NCBI GenBank assembly: GCA_965204885.1
Contig: OZ242019.1
Span: 1,331,734-1,395,733, forward strand
From: Dehalococcoidia bacterium
Lineage (GTDB): Bacteria; Chloroflexota; Dehalococcoidia; UBA6926
DNA length: 64,000 bases
Reading direction: 5' to 3'
The translations under genes were made by a program, and so were the position numbers. Every line of letters starts with the position of its first letter. Position 1 is the first letter of the stretch. This document shows positions 29,240 to 38,026 of the stretch, piece by piece. The notes under the pieces are model-generated. The model had not been told where the DNA came from, did no database searches, and worked only from the letters and a program-made list of their open reading frames with translations.

Positions 29240-29410
29240 GTGAATCAGTCCCCAACCGATCGTCCTATCGTTCCAACTTGCACGTAGACATTAGAAAGTG
29301 CTGTTATGGCCGCGCGTCCGTCCGTCACCTACTGTGTTTCGGTAGCTAGCGTAGCACGCAGCATAGAAAGCTCATACTCGCCAAGAGGAGGGAGCGATGG
29401 CGACAGCCTA

Positions 29411-30262
29411 CTACTCTGAGTTCTTTCCGTTCCGCTCCTTGCGAATCGCAGAAAAATCCTCGCGACGCCACCGGTAGGGGGAGTGGACGATTGTTCCCGG
29501 TTCCGTGACAGTCTCCAGCAGGCTGAGCGCGTCTTCAACAATTGTTCTCTGTTGATCCACATTGTCCGGCTGCCCGAACGGCCGCCCATACGGGTGCTTC
29601 ACATACAACGTGCGGGGCGGTTTGACACGCGTCGGTTGCTCCAATGACTGGTTCACAACCACTGTCGCGATTCCGTTTTCTTCAAGAACGCGTGCGATCA
29701 GCCCGCCGGACTGATTGCAGACGGGTCAAGTTGTGCCAATAAGGGCGGCAGTCACGTCGTCAGCCAACAACAGCCGTGCGGCTTCCGAGGCTGTCTGCTC
29801 AATCAGACGACGAATATTCTTCCCGTGGATGCTACCCATGAACCCAACGTGGTTCTCAGCCACGGAGCCGATTATTCCCTCTGCCTCCATGTCCCGCAGA
29901 CGGTCGATCGGATAGACGACATTGATGTCTTTCTCGGCGTGAGAATTGTCATAGTGCCTATGGAATATAGCCAAATCATCTTCTGGAGTTGACGACGGGA
30001 TTGTTCGGAACGAGGGATCATTATCGACGAAGGGCTCTTGCACTGACCCAACGTAGACCCCACCGGTCGTTATAAGAGCGAGGCGCGCTTCAGCTAGTGA
30101 TCTTTCAAACGGCGTCCAGGGTGACCAATCGTAAGAAACCGGGGAATAGATCATGCGCCAAACGATGAAGTTGACCGCGGGTTTCGGCACTCTCCAGCGG
30201 ATAAAGGCTAGCCTGGAAGCAACTGCCTTTCCAAGGTGATGGGCTAGGTCTACCAGTTTCAT
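29411..30262 (-). CDS. GrdB-like selenoprotein B family protein, copy 2; in-frame UGA at 29726-29728 read as selenocysteine
   Basis: Track ORFs 29726..30262 and 29411..29662 are in the same frame. My read-through translation is ...DVTAALIGTT-U-PVCNQSGGLIARVLEENGIATVVVNQ.... The motifs match copy 1 and the hairpin is identical. Confidence 0.75.
29697..29715 (-). promoter_or_regulatory. SECIS-like hairpin for GrdB-like copy 2
   Basis: The 19-nt hairpin is identical to copy 1, again beginning 10 nt after the UGA. Confidence 0.6.
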
Positions 30263-30304
30263 AGGCGTAGGAGATTCTCTCGTGCATCTCCCTCCTGGGG
30301 ATCG

Positions 30305-30763
30305 TTAGACCGGACGCCAATACTCGTAGACCAGCGCCAGTTCCTTCAGGTACGCCTCTTCGTCGTCGCAGTCCCATCCGCGCATCTCGCGGACAAGGTC
30401 GCAGAACCGCGTGCCGGGCCGCCTTGTGTGTTGGTTCACCACGACGACGCTGAGCAGGGGGCGTTCATATGCGCCTTCAAGCTCACATACCATCGTTAGC
30501 AACTCACCCGCATTGCGAGGGTTGATGGCGGGGTCGCCCAATTGGGCGGCGAACTGCCCGTACGTCATGCGCTGCCCGCTGCGGGCGATTGGGATGAGGA
30601 TCTGACGCGCACGCTCAATCAGCGCGGCATCAATGGGTACTCCGGTGTTTTCTTCCTCTGCTTCTCTCTCGCGCTGTCGTCCAAGCGCGAGAGAGGTCAG
30701 CAACGGATCAGGCTCATAAACCATGGTTCTCTCGTGAACATCTCTAGTCGCGCCTCCGGCCAA
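30305..30763 (-). CDS. Hypothetical protein, paralogue B of an unrecognised domain family
   Basis: 152 aa from a TTG start directly after the upstream stop. An alternative ATG lies at 30722-30724. It shares the block AR..L...AR.G..[IM][ST]YG[EQ][MF]A..L ... LL.V.VV.....PG..F..L.RE with the upstream gene. Confidence 0.6.
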   Translation of the reverse strand: MAGGATRDVHERTMVYEPDPLLTSLALGRQREREAEEENTGVPIDAALIERARQILIPIARSGQRMTYGQFAAQLGDPAINPRNAGELLTMVCELEGAYERPLLSVVVVNQHTRRPGTRFCDLVREMRGWDCDDEEAYLKELALVYEYWRPV

Positions 30764-31309
30764 CTATCTTCCAAATATCCTCGCAAGGCCACGTATGAAA
30801 GCCCGGAGCGGATTGCTTTTCTCAGGCGTGGACGTGCCGGGTTCTCCGGCCGGTGTGCCATCAGATGCCGTGAACTCCTTGTCATCTGAGCTGTAATAGA
30901 GGCGCTCCAATTGCTTTATGACAACGTCGTGGAGAATATCCAATTCCTCCGCAGGGCGTCCCTGCCACTGCGCAACTACTCTCTCAGACTCCTCCAGGTA
31001 AAAAATCTTCTCGTTCTCGAATTGACGTCCCAGTTCACGGGCGAGATTAAAGAATGCGGTGCCGGGTGTTCCCTGGCGCTTCCGGACAACCAGCACCCCC
31101 AACAGGCCCCGGCCTGCCGCCTCCTCGGTGCGTGACAGCTCATTCAATGTCTCGGTGAATTCGCCGCTCTGAGGGCTGAGAACCAGTGCTGTTGCCATTT
31201 CACCGTAAGAGATCGTTCGGCCCTCTCTCGCTCGCGCGACAAGGATTTCCCATGCTCGCGCAAGTGCTCCGTGGTCACGACCACCGCCATCGTTTTGGGC
31301 ACCACTCAT
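30764..31309 (-). CDS. Hypothetical protein, paralogue A of an unrecognised domain family
   Basis: 181 aa. The ATG at 31307-31309 lies 19 nt after the Mo-subunit stop. It is homologous to 30305..30763 and carries an extra C-terminal Ser/Thr/Pro-rich segment. Confidence 0.6.
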   Translation of the reverse strand: MSGAQNDGGGRDHGALARAWEILVARAREGRTISYGEMATALVLSPQSGEFTETLNELSRTEEAAGRGLLGVLVVRKRQGTPGTAFFNLARELGRQFENEKIFYLEESERVVAQWQGRPAEELDILHDVVIKQLERLYYSSDDKEFTASDGTPAGEPGTSTPEKSNPLRAFIRGLARIFGR

Positions 31310-31328
31310 CTCGGTTCCCCGGCGATTA

Positions 31329-33566
31329 CTACTTCAGTTCCTGGTACACCTTCTCCGCTGTGATTGGCAGGCTGTCCACACGCGCGCCGATGCTGTCCGC
31401 AACCGCGTTGGCGATGGCCGGCGCAGCCATGCTGTTTGCATGCTCTCCGATGCCGCGTGCTCTAAGGGGGCCGTGACCGTCATCGGACTCCATCACGACA
31501 ACGTCAAGGCTTGGGATGTCACGAGCCGTCGGCAGCTTCATGTCCGCGAACGACGGATTCATGACACGCCCGCTCTCATCGTAGAATAACCCTTCCATCA
31601 ACGCCGAGCCAATGGACTGTACGATGCCGCCTTCAATCTGGCTTGTGAATCCCATGGGGTTCAACACGCGGCCCGTCTCATGGACTGCCGTGTATCGCAG
31701 CGGCGTCACCTCCGCCGTGTCAGGGTCGACGGATACATCCACGACGTGGACGCCGTAGCCGTTCCACGGGCTGTCAAAGCCCTCCATCTCATCCGTCCGC
31801 GCGCCAACAGGCTCGCCGAAGCGCCGGGCAATGTCCTCAATAGCAATTCGCTCATCCGAGTTCGCGCCGTTCACTATATGGCCCGCCTCGATGGTCAACC
31901 GCTCCTCATCCCAACCCATGAACTCTGACGTTAGGCGCTGAAGACGTCCCTTTACCTCCTGCATCGCGTTGAAACCCGCCGTGCTGAACATCCGCGCGCC
32001 GCGGCTCCCTGCAATGCCCATGTCTCCTGTCTTGCCCTCACGTGTCGACCATGTCACGACGTCGATCCGGTCGATTGGAATGTCAAGCTCGTCGGCGACG
32101 ATCTGCGCGATGATGGTGCCCGTTCCCGTTCCGGGATCGAAGACCGGATGATTGATCTCAACGCGGCCATTCTCCATGACCTTAACGGCCACACTGCCGG
32201 TCACGCCGATCTGTGAGTGGCTCCCAATTGCCACGCCGCGGCCCACGCCCTCCGGCTTCGGCTCGTAATAACCCGCGGCCTCCGCCGCGCGTCTGAGCGC
32301 CGCGCCGGCCTGCACGTTCTGCCACTCTTCGCCCGTTGGATACTCCTCGCCGGGCTCAACCACGTTGTGCAACCGGAAATCCATCGGGTCCATACCAATG
32401 GCCCGCGCCAGCACGTCCATGTGCGATTCCCCGGCAAAGTGGCCCTGAACGTGCCCGGGCGCCCGCGCGTATGTGCACGGGGACGTATTGGTGTACACCT
32501 GGTGCGAGTCCACCTTGACGTTCGCAATGCGGTACGGCCCGACGATTTCCAGGATGCCCATGATGGCGGGTATGGGAGCGTAAGCCGCATAGCCGCCGCC
32601 CGCGAAGTGAATCTCTGACTCCCATGCTGTGATCGTGCCGTCGTTCTTGACACCCGCCTTTACCCGCATCGTTGCCGGGTGGCGCATCGTCATGTTCTGG
32701 AATTCTTCGTCGTATTCAATCGTCCACTTGATCGGCCTGCCGGTCCGCTTCGTGAACTCGTACGCGAGCGCAACATCCGTGCCGGACGACTTGCCGCCGA
32801 ACGAGCCGCCAACATAGTTGAAATTGAAGTTGATTGCGTCATCATCAAGGCCGTACAGCCGCTGCATCTCTTCCAGCGCACCGGTCGGAGTATCGTTCGC
32901 ATTCCATATCTGCAGCACGCCCTCATCGTCGACGTAGACAAGGCAGGCGTGCGGCTCCAGGTAGCCTTGGTGGAGCAGAGGAGTGCGGTATGTTCGCTCG
33001 ATCACGTGATCCGCGTCGGAGAACCCGGCGTCCATGTCGCCCTTGGCAAAGTGCACGCCCGCATAGCGGTTCGGGTGCTCGTCCCGCGGGGGCATTCCCT
33101 CGTATGAACCGGCGTCCGGATGCAGGATTGGCGCATCCGCCGTCATGGCATCCTCCGGCGCGAAAATGGCCGGAAGCTCCTCGTAGTCGATGTCAATCAG
33201 CCCGATGGCCTGTTGCGCGATGTCCTCATCGTCCGCGACGACGGCTGCAACCTTGTCGCCGACCAGCATGACCCGATCCCATGCCAGCAGCGGCATGTCC
33301 TTGATCACTGTGCCCGTCAAGGTGCCCTTGACATCCTCGCCGGTAAGAACGAGCTGCACACCCGGGAGGGCGCTGGCGGCCGACGTGTCTACGGATACGA
33401 TGCGCGCATGGGGAAACGGGCTGCGCAGGATCTTCATCCACAACATGCCGGGCATCTGCGCGTCAAGCCCGTATACGGCAGACCCCGTCACCTTTTCCGG
33501 CCCGTCCACCCGTGGAACTGATGTCCCGACCAGTTTTGAACCACCACTCCCTGCGGTTGATGTCAC
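31329..33566 (-). CDS. Xanthine dehydrogenase / aldehyde oxidase family molybdopterin-binding (large) subunit
   Basis: VGTSVPRVDGPEKVTGSAVYGLD, VGGSFGGK and the large a/b-hammerhead plus MoCo domains are present. The track ORF starts at TTG 33596. I prefer the GTG at 33564-33566, which follows a GGGGGG run. The start is uncertain. Confidence 0.88.
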   Translation of the reverse strand: MTSTAGSGGSKLVGTSVPRVDGPEKVTGSAVYGLDAQMPGMLWMKILRSPFPHARIVSVDTSAASALPGVQLVLTGEDVKGTLTGTVIKDMPLLAWDRVMLVGDKVAAVVADDEDIAQQAIGLIDIDYEELPAIFAPEDAMTADAPILHPDAGSYEGMPPRDEHPNRYAGVHFAKGDMDAGFSDADHVIERTYRTPLLHQGYLEPHACLVYVDDEGVLQIWNANDTPTGALEEMQRLYGLDDDAINFNFNYVGGSFGGKSSGTDVALAYEFTKRTGRPIKWTIEYDEEFQNMTMRHPATMRVKAGVKNDGTITAWESEIHFAGGGYAAYAPIPAIMGILEIVGPYRIANVKVDSHQVYTNTSPCTYARAPGHVQGHFAGESHMDVLARAIGMDPMDFRLHNVVEPGEEYPTGEEWQNVQAGAALRRAAEAAGYYEPKPEGVGRGVAIGSHSQIGVTGSVAVKVMENGRVEINHPVFDPGTGTGTIIAQIVADELDIPIDRIDVVTWSTREGKTGDMGIAGSRGARMFSTAGFNAMQEVKGRLQRLTSEFMGWDEERLTIEAGHIVNGANSDERIAIEDIARRFGEPVGARTDEMEGFDSPWNGYGVHVVDVSVDPDTAEVTPLRYTAVHETGRVLNPMGFTSQIEGGIVQSIGSALMEGLFYDESGRVMNPSFADMKLPTARDIPSLDVVVMESDDGHGPLRARGIGEHANSMAAPAIANAVADSIGARVDSLPITAEKVYQELK

Positions 33567-33718
33567 TGTAAGACCCCCCGAATAAACCTCTTGCAACTGT
33601 GTTCTGCATTGTAACGCAGGGATGCCGTTTCTGCGCCCGTAGCATCGCTCGTTTGAGCACTGTTACACTCTAGAAAGTTCGCAGTATCTGACAAATCCAG
33701 GGCAGGGGGAAAACGCTA

Positions 33719-34513
33719 ATGCCGACCGTCCACACCAACGGAATTGACACAGCTTACACAGACCAGGGGCAGGGTGACGGCCCTCCGGTCCTTCTCATCC
33801 ACGGCTTTCCCTACAACAAGTCCATGTGGGATGACCAGGTTGCGGCGCTCTCCGGCAGTCATCGTGTCATCACCTACGATCTCCGCGGCCACGGTGAGTC
33901 CGGTTCGACCGAAGGGCCGTACACCATGGAAATGCTGGCGGATGACCTCCACGCTCTGGTTGAAGAGCTGTCTCTCGGCGAGGTTGCCCTTGGCGGTTTC
34001 TCCATGGGCGGCTATGTTGCGTTGGCCTTTGCCGCCGCATATCCGGAGCACCTCTCCAGCCTGATGCTGCTTGATACGCGCCACCTCCCGGACTCCGAAC
34101 AGGCGGCGGAGGGGCGTGAGAATCTCGCCAAGCAGGTTGAGGCAGACGGCGTCGGCGGTCTTGCGGAAGCGCTGCCCGCGCGAATGTTGACTGAGGCCAC
34201 TGTCAACGGCAAGCCGGATGTGGTCGCAAAGGCATCGGACATGATTCGAGCGGCGTCGCCAGAGGGTGTCGCGGGAGCCGCGCGCGGCATGGCGGTGCGA
34301 CCTGACCAGACTGATACGTTGGGCAGCATCCACGTGCCCACGCTGATTGTCGTTGGCGATCAGGATGGCATCACTCCGCCTGCGGATGCCCAGACGATGG
34401 CGGACGCGATCTATAACTCAACACTGGTCACAATCGCTGATGCCAGCCATCTCTCCAACCTGGACAAGCCGGACGAGTTTAACAGGGCATTGATTGACTT
34501 CCTCAGCGCCTGA
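33719..34513 (+). CDS. Alpha/beta hydrolase (3-oxoadipate enol-lactonase-like)
   Basis: 264 aa. The HGFP oxyanion region, nucleophile elbow GFSMGG and C-terminal His (DASHLSN) are present. Confidence 0.85.
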   Translation: MPTVHTNGIDTAYTDQGQGDGPPVLLIHGFPYNKSMWDDQVAALSGSHRVITYDLRGHGESGSTEGPYTMEMLADDLHALVEELSLGEVALGGFSMGGYVALAFAAAYPEHLSSLMLLDTRHLPDSEQAAEGRENLAKQVEADGVGGLAEALPARMLTEATVNGKPDVVAKASDMIRAASPEGVAGAARGMAVRPDQTDTLGSIHVPTLIVVGDQDGITPPADAQTMADAIYNSTLVTIADASHLSNLDKPDEFNRALIDFLSA

Positions 34514-34943
34514 GCCGCACGCCCGTGTAGGGCTTGAAACCGTTCACGCCGGGCAGGAATTCACGCCAACCCCGCTTGACCTCAGCCGCAAGGCCGTCGG
34601 CAGCCTCCTTGACTCCATTGAGGCCGTCCTGCCTGAGGATGAAAATGGTGTGGAACTCGTTCCGCCGTCCGTCGTAGCGTCCCTTTCCCTCGGCGTACTC
34701 CTGCAATACGTCTCACTCCCCCCTGGCTCCCTCCATGCCTCGCAGGAGATCCGCATTTGGCGTCCGATCTCCGTGGGCACGCGGGCCGTGTGTGAGGGCG
34801 TCGTTGCCAATGTCTCGAACAGGGCGGGCATGACGCTGGTCTCGCTGGACTTCAACCTTGAGAGCCATCCCGACGAATCCGGTGGTAGTCAGCAGCTCGC
34901 CACGGGCACCGGCACGGTCATGTTCCCCGCTGGAAGCGAGTGA
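34494..34943 (+). CDS. Hotdog-fold protein (MaoC N-terminal-like partner subunit)
   Basis: 149 aa from a TTG start, with start uncertain. It is adjacent to and co-oriented with a MaoC dehydratase, like two-subunit hotdog hydratases. Confidence 0.55.
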   Translation: MTSSAPEPHARVGLETVHAGQEFTPTPLDLSRKAVGSLLDSIEAVLPEDENGVELVPPSVVASLSLGVLLQYVSLPPGSLHASQEIRIWRPISVGTRAVCEGVVANVSNRAGMTLVSLDFNLESHPDESGGSQQLATGTGTVMFPAGSE

Positions 34944-34953
34944 GGGCGGCCTC

Positions 34954-35361
34954 ATGACGGAGAACACCGCCCTGGTTCTCACACGAACAGTGACACAGGA
35001 GCGCATAGCCGCCTATGCCGAGGCCTCAGGGGACCACAACCCGATCCACCTTGATGCCGAATTTGCAGCGGCAACGCAGTTCGGCGGCACGATCGCTCAT
35101 GGCATGATCCTGTTCGGGTACATGTCTGATGCTCTTTCACAGGTATACGGCGTGGCGTGGGCCACAAGCGGCAGGATGCGCGGCCGTTTCCGTGCCCCGG
35201 CCCGCCCGGGCGATGTCATCGAGGTATCAATGGAAGAGCGCACGCGTCATCCACGAGACGATGGCACAATAGACGTGCATTGCATCGTAGAATGTTGGAA
35301 AGCCGACCCCCGTGAGCGCCTTGCAACGGGTGACGCGACACTGACTGTGACAGAACAATAG
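34954..35361 (+). CDS. MaoC-like (R)-specific enoyl-CoA hydratase/dehydratase
   Basis: Trimmed to MTENTALVL.... The motif ASGDHNPIHLDAEFAA...GGTIAHGM is present. Confidence 0.85.
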   Translation: MTENTALVLTRTVTQERIAAYAEASGDHNPIHLDAEFAAATQFGGTIAHGMILFGYMSDALSQVYGVAWATSGRMRGRFRAPARPGDVIEVSMEERTRHPRDDGTIDVHCIVECWKADPRERLATGDATLTVTEQ

Positions 35362-35405
35362 ATGCACCGCCCCCGCATGGGCGAGCCTGATCGGAGGATG
35401 GAATC

Positions 35406-36458
35406 GTGACGACCCCCCCGCTTGATGGACGCGGATTCCGCGTGGCGCTGGATGCCATGGGAGGCGATCATGCCCCCTCCGAGATTGTCAGTGGCGGCAT
35501 TGCAGCGGCGCGTGAGGGAGTAACCGTCTTTCTCGTTGGCGTGCCGGAGCGCGTGCAGGCAGAGTTGGACAAACAGGACGTCAGCGGACTCGCTATCCAG
35601 GTTGTCCCTTCCGATGACGCTATTGAAGAGACGGAACAACCTGCGCTCGCCCTGCGCCGCAAGCCAAAGGCGTCCGTTCTTGTCGCCACCGGCCTCGTTA
35701 AGGAAGGCATGGCTGACGCCGTCGTCAGCATGGGTTCCACCGGCGCGCTGATGGCCAGCGCTCACTTCCTGCTTGGCACCCTTGAGAATCTTGATCGCCC
35801 GGTGTTGGGCGGCCCTGCGCTCGGCTACGCCCCCAATACCATCTGGCTTGATATGGGCGCTAATGTTGATGCGCGTCCTGCCCAGTTCCTGGATTTTGCC
35901 GCCATCGGCGTCGCAATTGCCAGGGCTTACCTGGAGATTGAAAATCCCACCGTCGCTCTGCTCAACGTCGGTGAGGAACCAACCAAGGGCAGCAAGCAGG
36001 TCAAGGAGGCGTACACGGCTCTACAGGAGCGTTCCGGCCTGGACTTTATCGGGAACGTTGAGGCGCACGAGGCCGTGCAGGGCAAGGCGAACGTCCTCCT
36101 TGCGGACGGCTTCGTCGGGAATGCCCTCCTCAAGTACAGCGAAGGCCTCGGTCAGGCCATCGCGCACGATCTTGGCGAGCGCCTTGCCCCGGAGATCGGT
36201 CCTGACAAAGCCCGTGACATCGCCATGAGCATCTTCCGGAAGATCAACCTGATGGAGACGGCGGGCGGACCGATTCTCGGTGTCAACGGCATCGTAATCG
36301 TTGGACATGGCCGCGCCCGCGCGCCCATGGTTCATGGCGCAATTCGCACTGCCCAGTTGATGAAGGATCATGATGTCGTCGCTGCCGTCAAGGACGAGTT
36401 GAGCGCCATTCATGCGCGGAACCAGGCCGCTGAGCCGGCCGCCTCGTCGGGAGTCTAA
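35406..36458 (+). CDS. plsX: Phosphate acyltransferase PlsX
   Basis: 350 aa from a GTG start. ALDAMGGDHAP and SMGSTGALMA are present. Confidence 0.93.
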   Translation: MTTPPLDGRGFRVALDAMGGDHAPSEIVSGGIAAAREGVTVFLVGVPERVQAELDKQDVSGLAIQVVPSDDAIEETEQPALALRRKPKASVLVATGLVKEGMADAVVSMGSTGALMASAHFLLGTLENLDRPVLGGPALGYAPNTIWLDMGANVDARPAQFLDFAAIGVAIARAYLEIENPTVALLNVGEEPTKGSKQVKEAYTALQERSGLDFIGNVEAHEAVQGKANVLLADGFVGNALLKYSEGLGQAIAHDLGERLAPEIGPDKARDIAMSIFRKINLMETAGGPILGVNGIVIVGHGRARAPMVHGAIRTAQLMKDHDVVAAVKDELSAIHARNQAAEPAASSGV

Positions 36459-36462
36459 CCAC

Positions 36463-37248
36463 ATGCAGACCCAGGCTGAATTGGCAACACAGGAATCCAA
36501 AGAACTCGAAGGCCATGTCGCCCTCGTCACCGGTTCCGGTCGCGGCATCGGCAAGGCAGTTGCCCTCAAGCTCGCCTCAATGGGCGCCAACATCGCCGTC
36601 AACTACAACGCGAGTGGCGACCTTGCCGCAGGCGTGGTCGAAGAGATTAAGGGCCTCGGTGTCGAGAGCGCTTCATTCCAGGCCGACGTCTCACAGACGG
36701 ATCAGGTTGAAGCAATGGTCAATGGGGCGGTGGATGCCTTTGGTAAGGTAGATATCCTTGTCAACAACTCCGGTATCATCCGCGATAAGCTCCTTCTCCG
36801 CATGACGGACGATGACTGGGATACCGTCATTGGGACGGATCTGCGCGGGCCTTTCCTGTGCACGCGCGCCGTCATCCGCTCCATGATGCGCGAACGCTGG
36901 GGACGCATCATCAACATCTCCTCCGTCGTCGCGCTCGCCGGCAATCCCGGCCAATCCAACTATGCCGCCGCCAAGTCCGGCCTCACCGGATTCACCTACA
37001 GCGTGGCCAAAGAGCTGGCTGCGAGAAACGTCACGGCCAACATTGTCGCGCCCGGCTACATCTCCACCGACGTTACTGAAAACCTGCCTGAAGAAATCAA
37101 GCAGCAGTTGACGGACCACATCCCGCTCGGGCGACGGGGTCATGCGTGGGAGATCGCGGAGATTGTCGCGTTCCTGTGCACCGACCGCGCCTCGTATATC
37201 ACCGGACAACTTATCGCCGTCGACGGCGGCCTTGCTCTGACAGGCTGA
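36463..37248 (+). CDS. fabG: 3-oxoacyl-[ACP] reductase
   Basis: Trimmed to MQTQAEL.... The SDR motifs TGSGRGIG, NNSG and YAAAK are present. It directly follows plsX. Confidence 0.9.
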   Translation: MQTQAELATQESKELEGHVALVTGSGRGIGKAVALKLASMGANIAVNYNASGDLAAGVVEEIKGLGVESASFQADVSQTDQVEAMVNGAVDAFGKVDILVNNSGIIRDKLLLRMTDDDWDTVIGTDLRGPFLCTRAVIRSMMRERWGRIINISSVVALAGNPGQSNYAAAKSGLTGFTYSVAKELAARNVTANIVAPGYISTDVTENLPEEIKQQLTDHIPLGRRGHAWEIAEIVAFLCTDRASYITGQLIAVDGGLALTG

Positions 37249-37281
37249 CGCCGGAGCGCCGTCCGCCATCTCGGATACATC

Positions 37282-37935
37282 GTGCGCGTCATCGACATCT
37301 CCGTCCCACTGAAATCCCTCAAGGAGGGTATGCACGTTTACCCTGGGGATGCCCCCTATTTCGTGAGCACGGAAAAGACCATCCACAAGGACCGCATGAG
37401 GCTGTCCCGTATCGAAATCGGCTCTCACAACGGCACGCATATCGACGTGCCCGCGCACTATATCGAAGGCGGCGCAGAGACCGAGACCCTGCCCCTTGAG
37501 ATGCTTGTTGGCCCGGCGTGGGTCGCGGACCTCACCGGGCTGACCATGGGCACGGGCATCACCGTCGAGCACCTTGAAGCCGCCATGCCCGAAACGCCCG
37601 TCGAGCGCCTCCTCCTCAAGACACGCAATTCCGCGCTCTGGACACGGGACTACTTCCAGCCGCGCTTCGTCTTCCTGACTCCGGAAGCCGCCGAGTGGCT
37701 CGTTGAGAAGGGAGTGCGGTCAGTCGGAATCGACTATCTATCCATTGAACGTTTCGGCGGCGACGGCCCCAGGACCCACCTGGCCATCCTCGGCGCGAAC
37801 GGCGTCATCATGGAGGGCCTTGACCTCACACACGTCGAAGCCGGCCGTGAATACACCCTCGCCTTTCTGCCCCTCAAAGCGCCCGGCCTCGACGGCGCTC
37901 CCGCCCGGGCAGTCCTCATAGACAATACCGAATAA
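37282..37935 (+). CDS. Cyclase family protein (arylformamidase-like)
   Basis: 217 aa from a GTG start. The HNGTHIDVPAH motif is present. Confidence 0.8.
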   Translation: MRVIDISVPLKSLKEGMHVYPGDAPYFVSTEKTIHKDRMRLSRIEIGSHNGTHIDVPAHYIEGGAETETLPLEMLVGPAWVADLTGLTMGTGITVEHLEAAMPETPVERLLLKTRNSALWTRDYFQPRFVFLTPEAAEWLVEKGVRSVGIDYLSIERFGGDGPRTHLAILGANGVIMEGLDLTHVEAGREYTLAFLPLKAPGLDGAPARAVLIDNTE

Positions 37936-37976
37936 CGACCTCCCCACCCGTCATTCCCGCCCCCGCAAAAAGAAGA

Positions 37977-38006
37977 GAGGGGCTCCGCTTCTAGACGGAA
38001 CCCCTC
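37977..38006. terminator. Hairpin between convergent genes (possible bidirectional terminator)
   Basis: GAGGGGCTCCG-cttctaga-CGGAACCCCTC is preceded by an A-rich run. Confidence 0.4.
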
Positions 38007-38026
38007 CATGGGGAGGCGGGTAAGGA

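Noticed and set aside
30105-30377. 90-aa alternative-frame ORF with an AGGAGG just before an internal ATG near the start of GrdB-like copy 2
   Set aside because: It is in a different frame from the conserved GrdB-like sequence, has no homology and has a Shine-Dalgarno spacing that is too short. It is most likely fortuitous.
36691-37572. 293-aa minus-strand ORF opposite fabG and the cyclase gene
   Set aside because: It is antisense to two recognisable genes and has no motifs. The same reasoning applies to 33716..34333, 13003..13659, 26182..26874, 50119..50865, 55275..56018, 55823..56413 and 21254..21841.
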